A stretch of DNA of 57,614 bases, taken from contig JYFJ02002400.1 in NCBI GenBank assembly GCA_000934665.2, positions 1-57,614 on the forward strand, given 5' to 3'. The notes beneath the pieces were generated by a model, which did not search any database, had not been told where the DNA came from, and was given only the letters and a program-made list of their open reading frames with translations. Numbering within the stretch: the first letter of the stretch is position 1; each line of letters begins with the position of its first letter. A program made the position numbers and the translations under genes. The DNA is from Catajapyx aquilonaris (taxonomy: Eukaryota). Below are positions 13,268-25,900 of the stretch, in pieces.

Positions 13268-13464
13268 CAGGGTGGACCAACTTAAAGTGTCGTTTTATAA
13301 CGGCGATTAATAGCAGTGATTTTGCGATGACGTAGCAGCGACGTGTAAAATTGCCCACTTCGATTGCGCCGAAGTGGGACATTTCACGCGTCGCTGCTAC
13401 GTCAACGCAAAATCACTGCTATTAATCGCCGTTATAAAACGACACTTGAACTTGGACCACCCTG
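13268..13464. mobile_element. Tc1/mariner-type foldback MITE
   Basis: Termini CAGGGTGG...CCACCCTG; about 95-bp near-perfect arms around a 7-nt loop (13363-13369). Followed by TA and preceded by TG (probably a mutated TA target-site duplication). Confidence 0.88.
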
Positions 13465-15012
13465 TATACGTATAGGGTAAGAATAGAGGTTAGTGCTTCT
13501 AATTAGCTGGCACTTTTCGGTGGTGGATGAATCTGGGGGAGGAATTACGATGTGTACGTGTGTGTTGAAGTGTGCTCAGTTGAGCGTGGAGTTGACAGCA
13601 GGCAGAGGAGTCGAGTCTGTAGAGGAGGCTCTTCCATCTGGAGTTTAATCCCGCGCCAGATTCTCCTCCAGGAGATTACAACTTTGGTTAACTGGCTCGG
13701 AATAGGCCGCTAGCTGCTTGGAGAGGTTGAATAGTCTCAGAAATAAATAAATGCCGAAAAAAAAGAGATTCCGCCCCAAGTAGGTTAAGCTCCCGGCGCA
13801 TGTGCCCAGGAATGTTAATTCCTCCGCACCTCTTTTGTCTGGGGTAATTAGCGCGCAGTGTCTTTCCTTTTTGCCCGCCCGTCTTAATGAAGTGTTATTC
13901 ATAAACCGGGTAGGATATATAATCAAAAAAGGGCGACCGTCTTTAAGTTGTTAGGAAACACTTTGAAGTGGGATCCAGCGTGAAAAACAAACCGAGTTTG
14001 ATTCTCTCGCCACTGAAAGGTATATACGCTGTTTTTTTTTAAAGTTATACAAAATGACAAACAGTTAGTCCCCATTGAGTGCTGCTGGGTAAGTTTCGGA
14101 CCAAGTTTGAGGTTTCGCATCCTCGGGCGCGTGCGAGGCGTTGCGAAAGGAGAAGGCGATATAATTTGAAATTCGAGTCGAGTTTTGGTGGGTAGTGTGC
14201 AGGAGGCTGCTTGTGCGAAGCTGCAGATTTTGGAAGTCATTTGGAGCGTGGAAGAGAGACGCTTTGGCCCGAAAAGCAGGCACATTTGAGGACGTGTGCA
14301 AGATGGTCTGGAAGGTGGCGAAATGCAAATCCCGTCTAGGGAAAGGGGGCACGTCTGCAGGGCCGATAGTGTCTTGTAGGAGCATAAATTTTGCAAGTCG
14401 GGAAAAGCCCCCCTGGCGGAAAAAAAGAAGGTGAGACGTCTTTTTTTTCTCTCTCCTTGCTGCAACTTGTTCGCATCCTTCCTTCCTTCCCTTTTCCATC
14501 TTCCCTTTTTTCCCCCCCACACACCACAGCCCCGCCATCTTTCGCCTCAAACGCCGGATCATATGTCAAGGGATTTTCAATTTCCCCTCGCTAAAGGGAA
14601 TCTTCACATGGAGGCTTTTAAAATTTGCAAGTCAATGTGCGCATCCCCACGCGGAGTTGGAAAAAAAACGAAGGAAAGACGAGAACCCCTCCCACCCACC
14701 CAGCCTCTCTCCTGCATCGTTTCACTTTTAAGACTCATATTCACTTGCGGCTTGGAATTGGTTTTGTAGTGGTGCAAGCCTGCTGGGAGTTTGCCCCAAG
14801 GAAAGAAAAGTGGAACTCGCGCATTACCACTTTTTTCTCTCTCTTCTTCTTCCACACTTTTTTGTCGTCTCTCTCACTGCAGAAGCCTCCTTTAAAAAAA
14901 ACAGATAAGTACTTACGTGCACGTGCACCGATTTGCTCAGCCAAGCCGCAAAATCAGTCGCTTCATACTACCAATCCCCTTATTCTGTCTATCTGCTTAT
15001 ATGTCACGTAGT

Positions 15013-15356
15013 TATTATGGGATTCACGAGTCCTGGCCTGTTAGGCTCCTCCCCCGTCCTCCCCCCTCTGAAGGCGACGTTGCCACACAGCGCGGCGCGG
15101 GGGGCGGGAAGATTTGAATTGACACGCCTGCCAGGCGGATGGGGGCGAGAACTTGGCAGCAGTGCAGTAGGGATGGGGGGACAACCAGGCCTGGAAATAA
15201 TACGACGAACCACCTATCCCTTGTTGAGACCGAACCCCGCACCAATGGCTCATACTCGCGAGAATCACGAGCATTCCAGGCCTGATTTCTTCCGTCGGTG
15301 ACGTAGGGAGGAGGTGGGTGGAGCCTAACAGGCCAGGACTCGTGAATCCCATAATA
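15013..15356. mobile_element. MITE with 37-bp perfect terminal inverted repeats
   Basis: TATTATGGGATTCACGAGTCCTGGCCTGTTAGGCTCC at the left end and its exact reverse complement at the right end; additional internal IR AGGCCTGGAA/TTCCAGGCCT. Flanks ACGTAGT / CCATAGT may be a decayed TSD. Superfamily not assignable. Confidence 0.85.
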
Positions 15357-15808
15357 CCATAGTTGTCACTTTCCTGGCGGTCGGAGAGGGTGGGACCCAC
15401 TTCAATGGAGGCGAGACACGCCTGTGGGCTTTGTCCGCGTCTGACTCATCACCAACGTGCATGTAGCAGTGTGCGGAGGGAGGGTAGCATATGCGCCAAC
15501 TGGTAGTGGCCTATCGTACTACGTCCAAGTGAGGTGGCAGTGTTGCCAAATGTCCGCTACTACAGTATAGTTAAAAATGAATGGTTGCGCATTGCGATTG
15601 TGCCTTTTTTTTGAAAATTCCCGACGGAATCTGGAGTGCTTGTTCCTCAGGTAGTTCCAAATGGGAGGTGAGAGTTGTCTTCTCTGATGGGGGGGGCTCG
15701 TCCTTTGATATGGCCAAAGTGGCACCTCGACACCTTTTGCCAGAACTGCATGCGAAATAAGTAAAGTAATTTTATATTCCACGCCGCCGACTCCTTGCCA
15801 CTCAACTT

Positions 15809-15811
<3 letters not shown>

Positions 15812-15898
<87 letters not shown>
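15812..15898. repeat. (TA)n microsatellite, about 43 units
   Basis: Uninterrupted alternating TA run. Confidence 0.98.
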
Positions 15899-15900
<2 letters not shown>

Positions 15901-18900
15901 CCGGGACACCATCGGCTTTAAAATTCCATGTCCATTATAGGACCACATGTGCCTTTAGCTGCAAGCCCCGATCATTACAAAGGAGGCTGCTCTCGACTCC
16001 ACAACAATGGACCCCGCAAGTTTTTTTCGAGCCCCGTCGGTTGATGAGTTTTGCTCCGTAACAAATAGTGGTGGCCAATGGCACGTGACAAGACGCCGGA
16101 AAAAAATGGGGACTGTAAGGGCCAAAGAGTTTTGTTGGGATAAATTTAAAACTTTTTTTTATATATATCGAAGACAGCCGCGCGGCGGAAGAAAAAGTTA
16201 ATGAAGTTTTTAAACCGTTTTCTGACAGGATTATTATCTGCCATGAAAGGTGATTTCTCATCAGTTTTTTTTATTATAGTTAATGCGCAATTTTTTTTCT
16301 TTCTTTTCTCATAATGTGCCGTCACTGGCCAAATATGCAGCACCATTGCTTCTGTTCCAAGTTGAAACTCGACGATTTCTAATTCCAGAACGTGCAGTAA
16401 AGTGGTTCCCATGTTTGATGTGGAATTACACAGCATTGTTACGGAACAAATTGCTGGAAAGGAGGGGGGNGGGGACCAAAAAAAAGTGACGATTCTTGTC
16501 TCCTCTCTTCCTTACCTTATTTCCAGCAAAGAGCTGGCAATTGAACGCCTGAAAGTTCTTGCGGAGGCTGCACGTGCCTCGACTTGCTGGTTGAAGGGGG
16601 CGGGTTGCTACAGGAGCCATCATCATAGTCTTTTGGACCAACAATTCGTGCGTGTGTGGCCCACGAGATTCCTCCCCCAGGAAACGAACCAACATTTTTT
16701 TTCTTCTCCCCAATGGACTTGGCTCTTATTCCGACTGTACCTAGCGTCATCAGCACCGTTGGCTAATTACACCAGCCTGTAATTTTAGAGCCTTTCCACC
16801 CCCCCTCCCTTTGTCTCGGGCATGTATTGATTTTGCATCGGGACGGAAATTCCTCTGCCTCTTCTATGAAAACCTTTGGTGCTTCGGCGCCGTTTGTACA
16901 ATAGACCCTGTTCATTGCAACCTGATTTTTACACACTCCCATGATTGGATCTACTACGAAGAGAAAAAAAAATCAGGTTGTTAATATTTCATGGTGGTTC
17001 CGATATGACTGCGCATACACGAAAGAAAATTGTCTTTGGTGGTGGGGGGCGGTAATCAATTTATGTCTCCGGCCGCCCAGTTAACGAATTAAACGTTAAG
17101 CTCACTGGGGAACTGGGAATGTCTCGGGGACTATAAAATGAAATGGAACGATATAATTCTGAGCCGCCGAGCCAGCAGCTCTGCGGCTAACGAACGGAGA
17201 CGAATTCGCCGACAGCGGAATGCGGACGAGACACCCACACCCACAGTGCTGATAACTCAAAAGAAAAATAGAAGAAAAAAATACTCCCCCCCAAAAAAGA
17301 GAGAAAGGCGAAGACGATGCATTGTCTTCATTCCTATTGTGGTGTCACTAACACTCTTTTAAGAGAAATTCTTACGCAGTTTATGACGCCTCTTTCCTTC
17401 CTGATAGCCCTTAATTGCCCCCCTTATTTGTCTCCAAGTTTGGAGTGGTTTTGACACAATTTTGAGCAGCACTTTGAGGGAATTTTCTCCAGATTGATTC
17501 AGTCGGTCTTGAACGAGTTGTAGTGTATACCAATAGAGTAGGGGGGAAATAATAGACTAGTGGGCCTTATAGTGTAGCGGTTGGGATAAATCCTGGAGGA
17601 GTGTGTTGAATGGAAGCATTTTCCGTCCGAGCATGTTTTCTGGGCCAAACATTTCGTTTGGGACGTGTCTATTGAAAAGGGAAAGGTTTGAAGGTCTTGT
17701 GTTGTGCCTGCTGCCCTTTTCCTTAGCAGATCGATCTTGGCTCTAGCTGCTGTGTATAGAAGATCGCTTTTGTGTGCCATCATCCCCCCTCCTCTTTTTT
17801 AGAGGGGTGAGGAAGAGTTTGTAAAAGGAGCTTCCACAACCACTAGAGAAAATCCCCCCTACACACACTCAGTGTCTGCGTGTTGTAAAAGGAGACGGGA
17901 GGTCAGGGCCATCAATTAGGACACCCAACTCTATCCGCGACCAGATTACTTTTGTCTCCTAAATGTCCACACCTTGGAGGATCCAGCAGCCCTTTTTTTC
18001 TCCCCAGTTTTTTTGACTGACCCCAAAAAAAAGTCCGTCGCTAATTGCCAGGAGAGCAGGATCGCTTCCGGGGGAGCACGTTCCTTTGCAAAAGTTTGCA
18101 GTTAGGAAATGCAGTTTGCCAAGAAAATTTTAGCGCTGCCTGCAACTACAGTCGAAAATCCCCATTTTCTTATAGGAGGCTGCCCACCCCGATTAATATG
18201 CAAGATCGATAACTGGACAAAGATTGTGGACCTTATTCACTCTATAAACATGAAGTTGTGATTGGGTTGGAGGCTTCAGAGGGGGGTTGCTGTGGCTGGA
18301 CCCAAATCAATCACAATCATCGGATAGGTTCGACCTCCCAACTCAATCGAGCCAGAAAAACACTCTTTAGGGAGACTTGCTTCTCTCAAAATGTGGGGAT
18401 TGGCCATCAATAATGTTCATGTTGGGTGTGTATGTTATGATGATCCCTTTACGCAGCAGCAGCCACGCACTTTTTCTCTCGGGCGCAAGCTGCGGGGCCC
18501 CTTGTGCGTGAAATTTAATCAATTTTGCTTTAGGGGTGGTGGGCTTTTTTTTTCGGGAGGGGAGAAGCATCATTGGGCATGCAGGTCCATGATGTGTATA
18601 TCGCGCCATTCCCCCCCCCCCCCCCCCCCCCCTCGCCCCCNGGCATTCACGATTTCCAACCGCACGCATTTTTTTGTCCGCGCGTTTTTATTCGCCCAGC
18701 CCACGACTTTTTGTCAGCCAATTTGTTAACAAGGAACGAAAACAACGCGCTCCAACTCTTGGATGTCATATTCTTCCGGAATTAAACTTGAGAAGCCACA
18801 CACACACACACACAACAGTCGAGCTGATTACACCGGGTAGTTAGAAATATTTGGCATACCGGTGGGGACTATAAATCGCGATTTAATTGACACACCGCCT

Positions 18901-20969
18901 TGTTTTTGCAAGCGTCGAAAAACATCGAAATAGATACAGTGTCGAGCACCTGATGATTGATGCTGCCAGCAAAATGGCTTTGAATGAGTCGTGTGTGTAC
19001 GAGTTTTGAAACCAAATGCGTGCACCTCCTGTATATAGCATGCATCAGCCTGACCGGGGGTGGTTGAGTCTTTAATATGAAGGCGCGGAAATCGATTTGT
19101 CACAGTGTGTTTTCTTCATTATACGGTCCCCCGACGCCCAACCGCGGGGCAATTTTTCATGTTTTCTTCCTCACTGAGAGTGGAGAGAGACGGACTGGCC
19201 ATGCACCCAGGCATTTAGAAGGCCTCTCTCTCTCACCCCCCTTTAGGCAACATGATTAATCGAGTGGGTCACTCCAGTTTGGATTGGGAAGTGATTAATC
19301 TGACGGCCGAGTCTGCTCTGCATCAATGAACACCCACCACCGAATAATATCCACTCTGCTTTTTTTTATTATCCGGGTCGCTATTAGAGGCCCGTTTTAC
19401 ACATAGGATCGCGTCTCACTGCCAACCTGGTCCGGAGGTGTTTGTCTAAAACCGGTGCGTCGTAACTGCGTGTTGAAATTGACGGTCACGGAACATTTCC
19501 CCACCCCTCCCAAAACCATTCATCAATTATGAAAGTTGGTCCCGAAGTGACGGGATGTCTGAAGAAATCGGCAACTCACTCGAGGGGGGATCATCCGGAC
19601 CAGGTTGATTGATTATTACCCACCCTATACAGGGCCGCATCATTTTCCATCGTAACAATAGAGAGGGGCTGTCACTAACATATAATGACCATCCATGTAA
19701 TTATAGGGTACCATTTGGCGGATTAAAAATATACACACGAGCGATCCGTCGCTAAAATTTGGCAACACTACCAGGTGGCGCTCAGGAGAAACGTTGGTGA
19801 TGAGTCGCCATTTGACACGTCATGGGCCTGTTAGAAGCTCGACATGCTCGGTATACCGTTTGGAAGGAATAATTGCGTGTGCGGAAATTGTTTTGCGGCT
19901 CACCTTATTGGACGGCAGGCTTGGTGACGCCAGAGACATATCAAGCACAATGGAAATTAGGCACTTGGCGCCAGCCGATTAAATTCCCCAATGTAATACC
20001 GGGTTCTCCTGAGCTGTGCAGCCATATTGATCGAGTCTATCGCCATTTTTCCACCCCCTACTATTTTTTTTCTCTCTCTCACTTTCCTCCAGGCCTTCGT
20101 TTGGGGTCGACTCCCGGTAATGAAGGAAATGGCTTTTGCCGCCACCCACATTTTTTTCTTCCCCTACACACCCAAAAAAATAAGTCCAAACTGCTTTTGA
20201 CCAGTGCTCGAAAAAATTTTCGTCGACAACAAATGTGTCGCTTTTCATCGCGCTGGCAAGTTATTTAGTGAGTCACATTTCACTGGGTGGAGGCCAAGCC
20301 CTCCAGAGAAAATAATAAGCATCGATTTTACGATGAAACCGTTTCCATTAATCTCCTCGGGTATTCCCTAATAATTTAACATATATATACGTGGGTGTAT
20401 ATATATTCCCCTGGCTGGCTGGCTCCCCCCCCCCCCCCCCNCTCCTCTTCCATGGTATTCGACCCGGGGAGGAAGCAAAGGTATTTTACCACTGCCATTT
20501 CCCGTTAGCAGGAACGGAACAGGAAAAGGGAACGATAAGCCGTTTTCCATAAGGCATTAGAGAGATGGGGGTGAGCAGCAATGTTCCTCGTAAATTCGGG
20601 CCCCCTCTTGGCGTGCCTGGAAATGGGAGAAGATGGCCCCCTCTTTTGAGCTGGCTGGGCTGCTGCTGCTGGGGATCCTCTGGTATGGTTTGGTGGGGGA
20701 GGAAATGGCGGATGTAATCATAGAATATGCTAGGGAAGACTCGGGGAAGGCGTTTCTTTTTCTCTCCCTTACCCCTACAACCTTGCTTCAATTTCCGACC
20801 AGCACAATTATTTCTCGGAGAGAATCATAATAAAAACGACCTTCAGATAAACCCTCGTGTTTATGGGGGCCATGTCGACACTCTATAAAAACGGCTGTTT
20901 ATCATGTGTTGCACTTTATCAATAAGCTGGAATGATCGGAATCAAAGTCTCCTTTCTTATCGGAGTGTA

Positions 20970-21270
20970 CTATAACACGCAAAAAGATGGCCGCACTGTA
21001 TCCGTGTGGTGTTCACGACTTTTTGTTTCACTCTCCTGCCGCCAGGGTCCGGCAACGACCACCCTGGGGGCAGGAGAGTAAACTAAAAGTCTCCTTTCTT
21101 ATCGGAGTGTACTATAACAAGCAAAAAGATGGCCGCACTGTATCCGTGACTTTTAGTTTACTCTCCTGCCCCCAGGGTGGTCGTTGCCGGACCCTGGCGG
21201 CAGGTGAGTAAAAACAAAAAGTCGCCAACACCACACGGATACAGTGCGGCCATCTTTTTGCGTGTTATAG
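20970..21270. mobile_element. Family-A foldback MITE (TA TSD) with nested hairpins and internal duplication
   Basis: TA|CTATAACACGCAAAAAGATGGCCGCACTGTATCCGTG ... exact reverse complement|TA. Each arm contains its own CTCCTGCC...GGCAGG hairpin; the centre repeats 20944-21006 at 21086-21148. Confidence 0.88.
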
Positions 21271-22477
21271 TACGTGTCGCGTGCCTGATGGCGCGACTTC
21301 TCATGTGAGCAGGTGCGGATTCGAGCGAGCGAACAATGTCTTGTCGGCACCGTTCCATTAATAGCTCGCGTCTTTTTTTAAATACGTTTGCTAAATTTCC
21401 AAGCGAAAGAAACCCGAGCAGGTTATCTCTAGAATTCGCGAACTTGGCACGGAGACTACAGCTGCAGGTCTGGTGCCAAGAGACGCACGTGCTTATCTGT
21501 TTGGCCCCCGCAGCATTTATTTGGTTGGCCAAAATTTTCGGGAGACGAAAAAGTATAGGAACAATGATTAGATTTTGGGTGAATAGAAACCCTTTATCAC
21601 TCATCAACCAGCCTCTCCTTTTCCTTCATGGCCTGCTGCACTGATAAGCCTGCCTCTCTCCCCTGGTTTTTGGGTGACATTGGACCATCAAGGGTTGCAT
21701 CTGGGGGCCTCGGGGCCATATGTATGGATTCCCTATAGCTCCCTCGACGGAATATAATCGTGTGCAGGAGAAGGAAGGGGGAGATCCAGCTAAATGCCCC
21801 CCCTTTTTCCCCCCTTTTCTCCCTTTCCCTTCCCCCCTGCTTTTGCCGCAACTCATTTCGGGCCCAGGCGACATTTTCGATTTTCTTCAAAGAGCCAGCA
21901 TGTGAGCACTCGACAAGCTCGCTTCTTTGTACAAGGCTTGGAGGCAGCAGCCTACCTGTTACGGACATGGCAAAAAAAAGAGAAAGAAACTTTGTGCGAA
22001 CCAATGCGTGTTGTTGGTTTTTGACATTATCACACCTGCAATTTTTCAGACGCCGACACGTTCCAAAAAAAAAGGTCGGACTCAGTCAGCCGGAGAGAGA
22101 GAAAAAAAAGTATATGCAAAAATTTCTGCGGTCGCGTTCGTGAGAGTTCGGTTATGTTATTTTTTTAAACCGAAACACTTGTGTTAGTTTTGCGGCCTGC
22201 GGTCAGTTTTGCAGCGCTGGGTTTTTACTCGCGAGTATGTCAGGTTGTCTGTATTCTGCCAGTATTCGATGACATTACAGATTTTGTCATCATCCTCGTT
22301 ATCCGCTGGAAACCCCATTTTTTTAGGGGGGGGGGGGNGGGGGGGGGAGGGGGAAAACGCCGTGACGGATGATGAACGAAGCTGTTGATTTGTCGACATT
22401 TTTGTGTACTACTCTCCTAAAAATTTCAAGTAAAAAATTTCAACCAAAAAAATGAGCAATTTCGCAAAATGCAATGT

Positions 22478-22961
22478 TTGAGTGAATTTCCCTCCTCACT
22501 CAAATAGAGTGGAAAACTACTCGAAAGAAGAGTGAGAATAAGTGGGGAGACTATTCTTTCAACGAGTGAAACCCACTCAAGTTGAGTGGTCATTTCGCTC
22601 GAATTGAGCGGAAAGTCCACTCAATTTGAGTGAAATGATGGTTCAGTTTGAGTAAAAATGTTTCACTCGTGTAATCGAGTCATTTCCACTCTAAAAATAG
22701 TGGGAGTCAAATAAAGTAGGAGAAACAGTGAAAACAACTCGATCGGGTGGAAAAACACTCCCAAAAATTTTATAGTGTAAATTAGTGTAAATTTAATGCA
22801 AAAATCCACTCTAGTAATGGAGCGATTTCCACCCAAAAAAGTGGGAGTCAAATCAAGTTGGAGAAAGAGTTAAAATCACTTGATTACTTAAGTTGATCAT
22901 TTCGCTCGAATTGAGCGGGTTTTTGCAGGAACTTTACACTCTAAAAAAATTCGAGTGTAAA
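22478..22961. mobile_element. AT-rich relic with arrayed CACTC-N5-GAGTG palindromes (DNA-transposon subterminal repeats, possibly CACTA/EnSpm-like)
   Basis: CACTCAAATAGAGTG, CCACTCAAGTTGAGTGG, CGCTCGAATTGAGCG (twice; 21-bp block at 22591 and 22898), CACTCAATTTGAGTG, TTTACACTC-N11-GAGTGTAAA. CACTCTAAAAA occurs twice. Confidence 0.55.
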
Positions 22962-25900
22962 TTTCACGCAATCTTTGTCCAAGAATATTGTTAGCCAACA
23001 TCTCTGCACATTCTGTGGGTAGTGTCGACTTACCTTCTTATTTGATGGCATTTTGTGACTGGTCGATTCTGGAGGGGATGAGGAAGGGATTTTGGCCCCC
23101 CTCACAGTTCCTCCTCCACTGTGGCCATGTCCACATCCATAGCATGTTGACAATGACAAGAAGGGGGGGAGAAGACTAAGAGCAGGTGAGTCATCTAGAG
23201 GGGGCAAAGGAACGTAGACCCCTCGATGCCGGGTTAATTTAATGAAGCCGCCTTCCATAGGACCCTTATTCGTCTTCTCCCTCCCTCAGAAGAGACGTTA
23301 AAAAGGTGGCCCTCTTTTCTCCAGCGACCCTTGACCCACGCAAAGGGAGAAAAAAAGAGCCACTAGAATAGGGAGCTTCCCCCCCTCTCTATATATGCAT
23401 GTTTGTACAGAAGGCTTTTTTTTCGGGGGAGGCCGAATTGCAAAGTCGAAAAACTTGTAGCGAGTTTTCACTGAGAGTCTCGAGGGAGAGAGCCCGGGTG
23501 ATTCAATATTTGATCGTCGCCATAGGATGGGGAGGTACAATTTACATATATACCATTGGATCTCCCCCTCTTCCTCTCAATATTGGCCGGCTTGATCGGT
23601 CAACCGGAAGGGCATTTTCCGGGAGACTAGTGTCTTTTTTCCACCTTTCCATTTGCTAGTCCACTTCCTCTCCAATCAACCCCTTTTCCTCATTTCCGCA
23701 CCCCCTTTTGGCGAGACCCAGGACACCTCATTTTGTTTCCAAGGGGGGTGTCAATAGAGAGAGACGCAAAGGGGGGGTGAAGAGCTTGTGTTGAAAAGTT
23801 GATTGAAGTGCTGTGGATTAGGTGTAACAGGCGGGATTAAGCGCGGGTGTTGACTCTGCAAATAACCTGGGTGTTGTGTCACCAACGAGCAGCCCAGGAT
23901 ATTGCCGGAGCCTCTTCCGGATTGGTACACAATTGAACATTGCTTTTCCTTGGATCTTGCTCTTGCCTGGGAAACCCCACGCACAACCCAATCTTCCTAA
24001 GTTTATCAACCGGGTGTGCGTCGAGCAATTTCAAACTGGGTCCTTAATCCTGCATGTGCACGCGTCGCAAGGTTTTCCTCCCCCTTTAAGCCCCCAGTTG
24101 TCTGTCCCATCCCTTCAAGTTGAGTTGGGCCACTGTGGATGGAAATGCAGGCGTGGAAAGTTAGATGGGCTTTGCCCCCGGGCGGTTAGCGCAAGATTGC
24201 CCATCCCGGACCGTGATTTGCCCGGGTAATGTTCTGTTGCCCGGGACTTTTTTTTCCGGTACATGTGTGCCCACATTTGGAGGGGGAGGAAATGGGGCCA
24301 ACCCAACCCGGATTTTTTTTGGCGGGTGGGCGGGTTTTGCAGTTACGCCCCAAATCGGCAATCATGCTAATAAAATCCACGGGGGAGCTCGGATTTCCTG
24401 TTTCCGGTGACTTGTTTCCTCATTTGACTGGCGCCGATTGATTGTCAGCAGCCCGGAGACGCCCGGCCCTCAGATAAAGAGACGCTCCCTGAAAAAAAAG
24501 GAGGTTGGAATTGAAAAAAAAGAGTGCTTTATCTGGGGCGTCTCGGGCGTCGGATTCCCTCCATCCAAGCGGGATCCGAACACCGGAATACACTCAGTCC
24601 GGCTTCTCCCAAGGAGCCTTCTGATTCCGATTTGCTCTCCAGAAGGATCCTCTGGCCGTGACTCCAGCCAACATGTCACTGATTGGTGACTACGCCGCCA
24701 TTGATCCATCCCTGTAAAGTAATCCCCAGGCGGATTCTAGTAATAAAGTCTGGCAAAATAGGGGGGAGAGAAGAAGAAAGGTGACGCTGCCAGATAATCT
24801 TCTTACCAAGGAACGGATCCTGTATAATCCTCCCCTGCTGGGTTATAGGGTGTGCCGGAAATTTTTTGAGACACCCTGTTGTTGGGGAGGGGGGCATAGG
24901 GAATACACACCCGTGGCGTGTCCGTTAGTGGCCATATAAAGTGGAAAGGCCGAGGAGTAACACGTCAGGAACCTTTTCGTGAAACCTCGCATGGGGCAGG
25001 GCTATTGTGAGTTCATGGAGGGAGCTATTAAGTGCTATCATCCCCGGCCGGTTAGCATGCAGGCCTGATTGAAAAGTGAGGCCACACTTGCGATAGGAAA
25101 AGGAGAGGGGGGGGGGGGACACACACCAGTGCCGCCGATTCCATCGGAATAATGACAGTAGGCTACAGGCCCCTTTATGGCAGGTAATGACAGCTTTGGG
25201 ATGCCCGTGCGTTCGGCGTACTATAAGTTTGTGCACCGAATTCTGAGACACACTGGTAGTCGTTTGGAAATAGCCTATACTATAGATACGACAGATTTCC
25301 TGTTGTGTTTGTTGGCTGGAAGACAGCTCGGAAAAAGAGAGGATCTGTTTACCAACCCAATCCACTTAGCGATATGGCGCATAAAATCGGCCCCGATGCC
25401 TTTACCTCCGTGACATCCTTTTAGTACCTGCTAGTCTTTTATAGCGAATAGTAGCTTCCACCGCCACCATTTTCGTATCTTTCCAGGGCGACTCATCTCT
25501 CCTTTCCTTTGATTGCTTTGCCTCGAAATCGATTCCTCAGGCACTAAACCCGAGTGTCACACACTGTCCAAAAGCGTATCCTGGAGCTATGCAACCACCA
25601 TTTGTTATAGTCAGCGACCCTCCGAAAATGCACATCTGGCACCTCCCACTTCTCAAATTTCCACGCATGCTCCAAGGATGGACTGAGGGTGCCAAGTGAA
25701 GCGATCATTACCTCATTAAAAACATTACACTGGGCAAGGAAACATTATTCAGGTGCTTGTGCTTTTCATACGTAAATTGATATTGAGATACGATGTACTT
25801 CTGTATGCAATTGTTTTATAAAGTACCGGCAATAATTTCAAAATCGTCGCTTATGCCACCTGGCAACCTTTGTGGAAATATGAAATGTAAGTCTGAGGGC

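Noticed and set aside
17499..17783. Possible 3' end of a CR1/L2-like ORF2 (SLLFPPYSIGIHYNS)
   Set aside because: Only a vague likeness to the SFFP...WN motif; no RT core nearby.
20633..20830. Signal-peptide-like short ORF
   Set aside because: No suitable in-phase splice donor; hydrophobicity derives from a CTG repeat.
24925..25365. Possible Gypsy integrase remnant (VPDVLLLGLST) belonging to the LTR/PBS element
   Set aside because: No DDE, GPY/F, RT or RNase H motifs recognisable; match too short.
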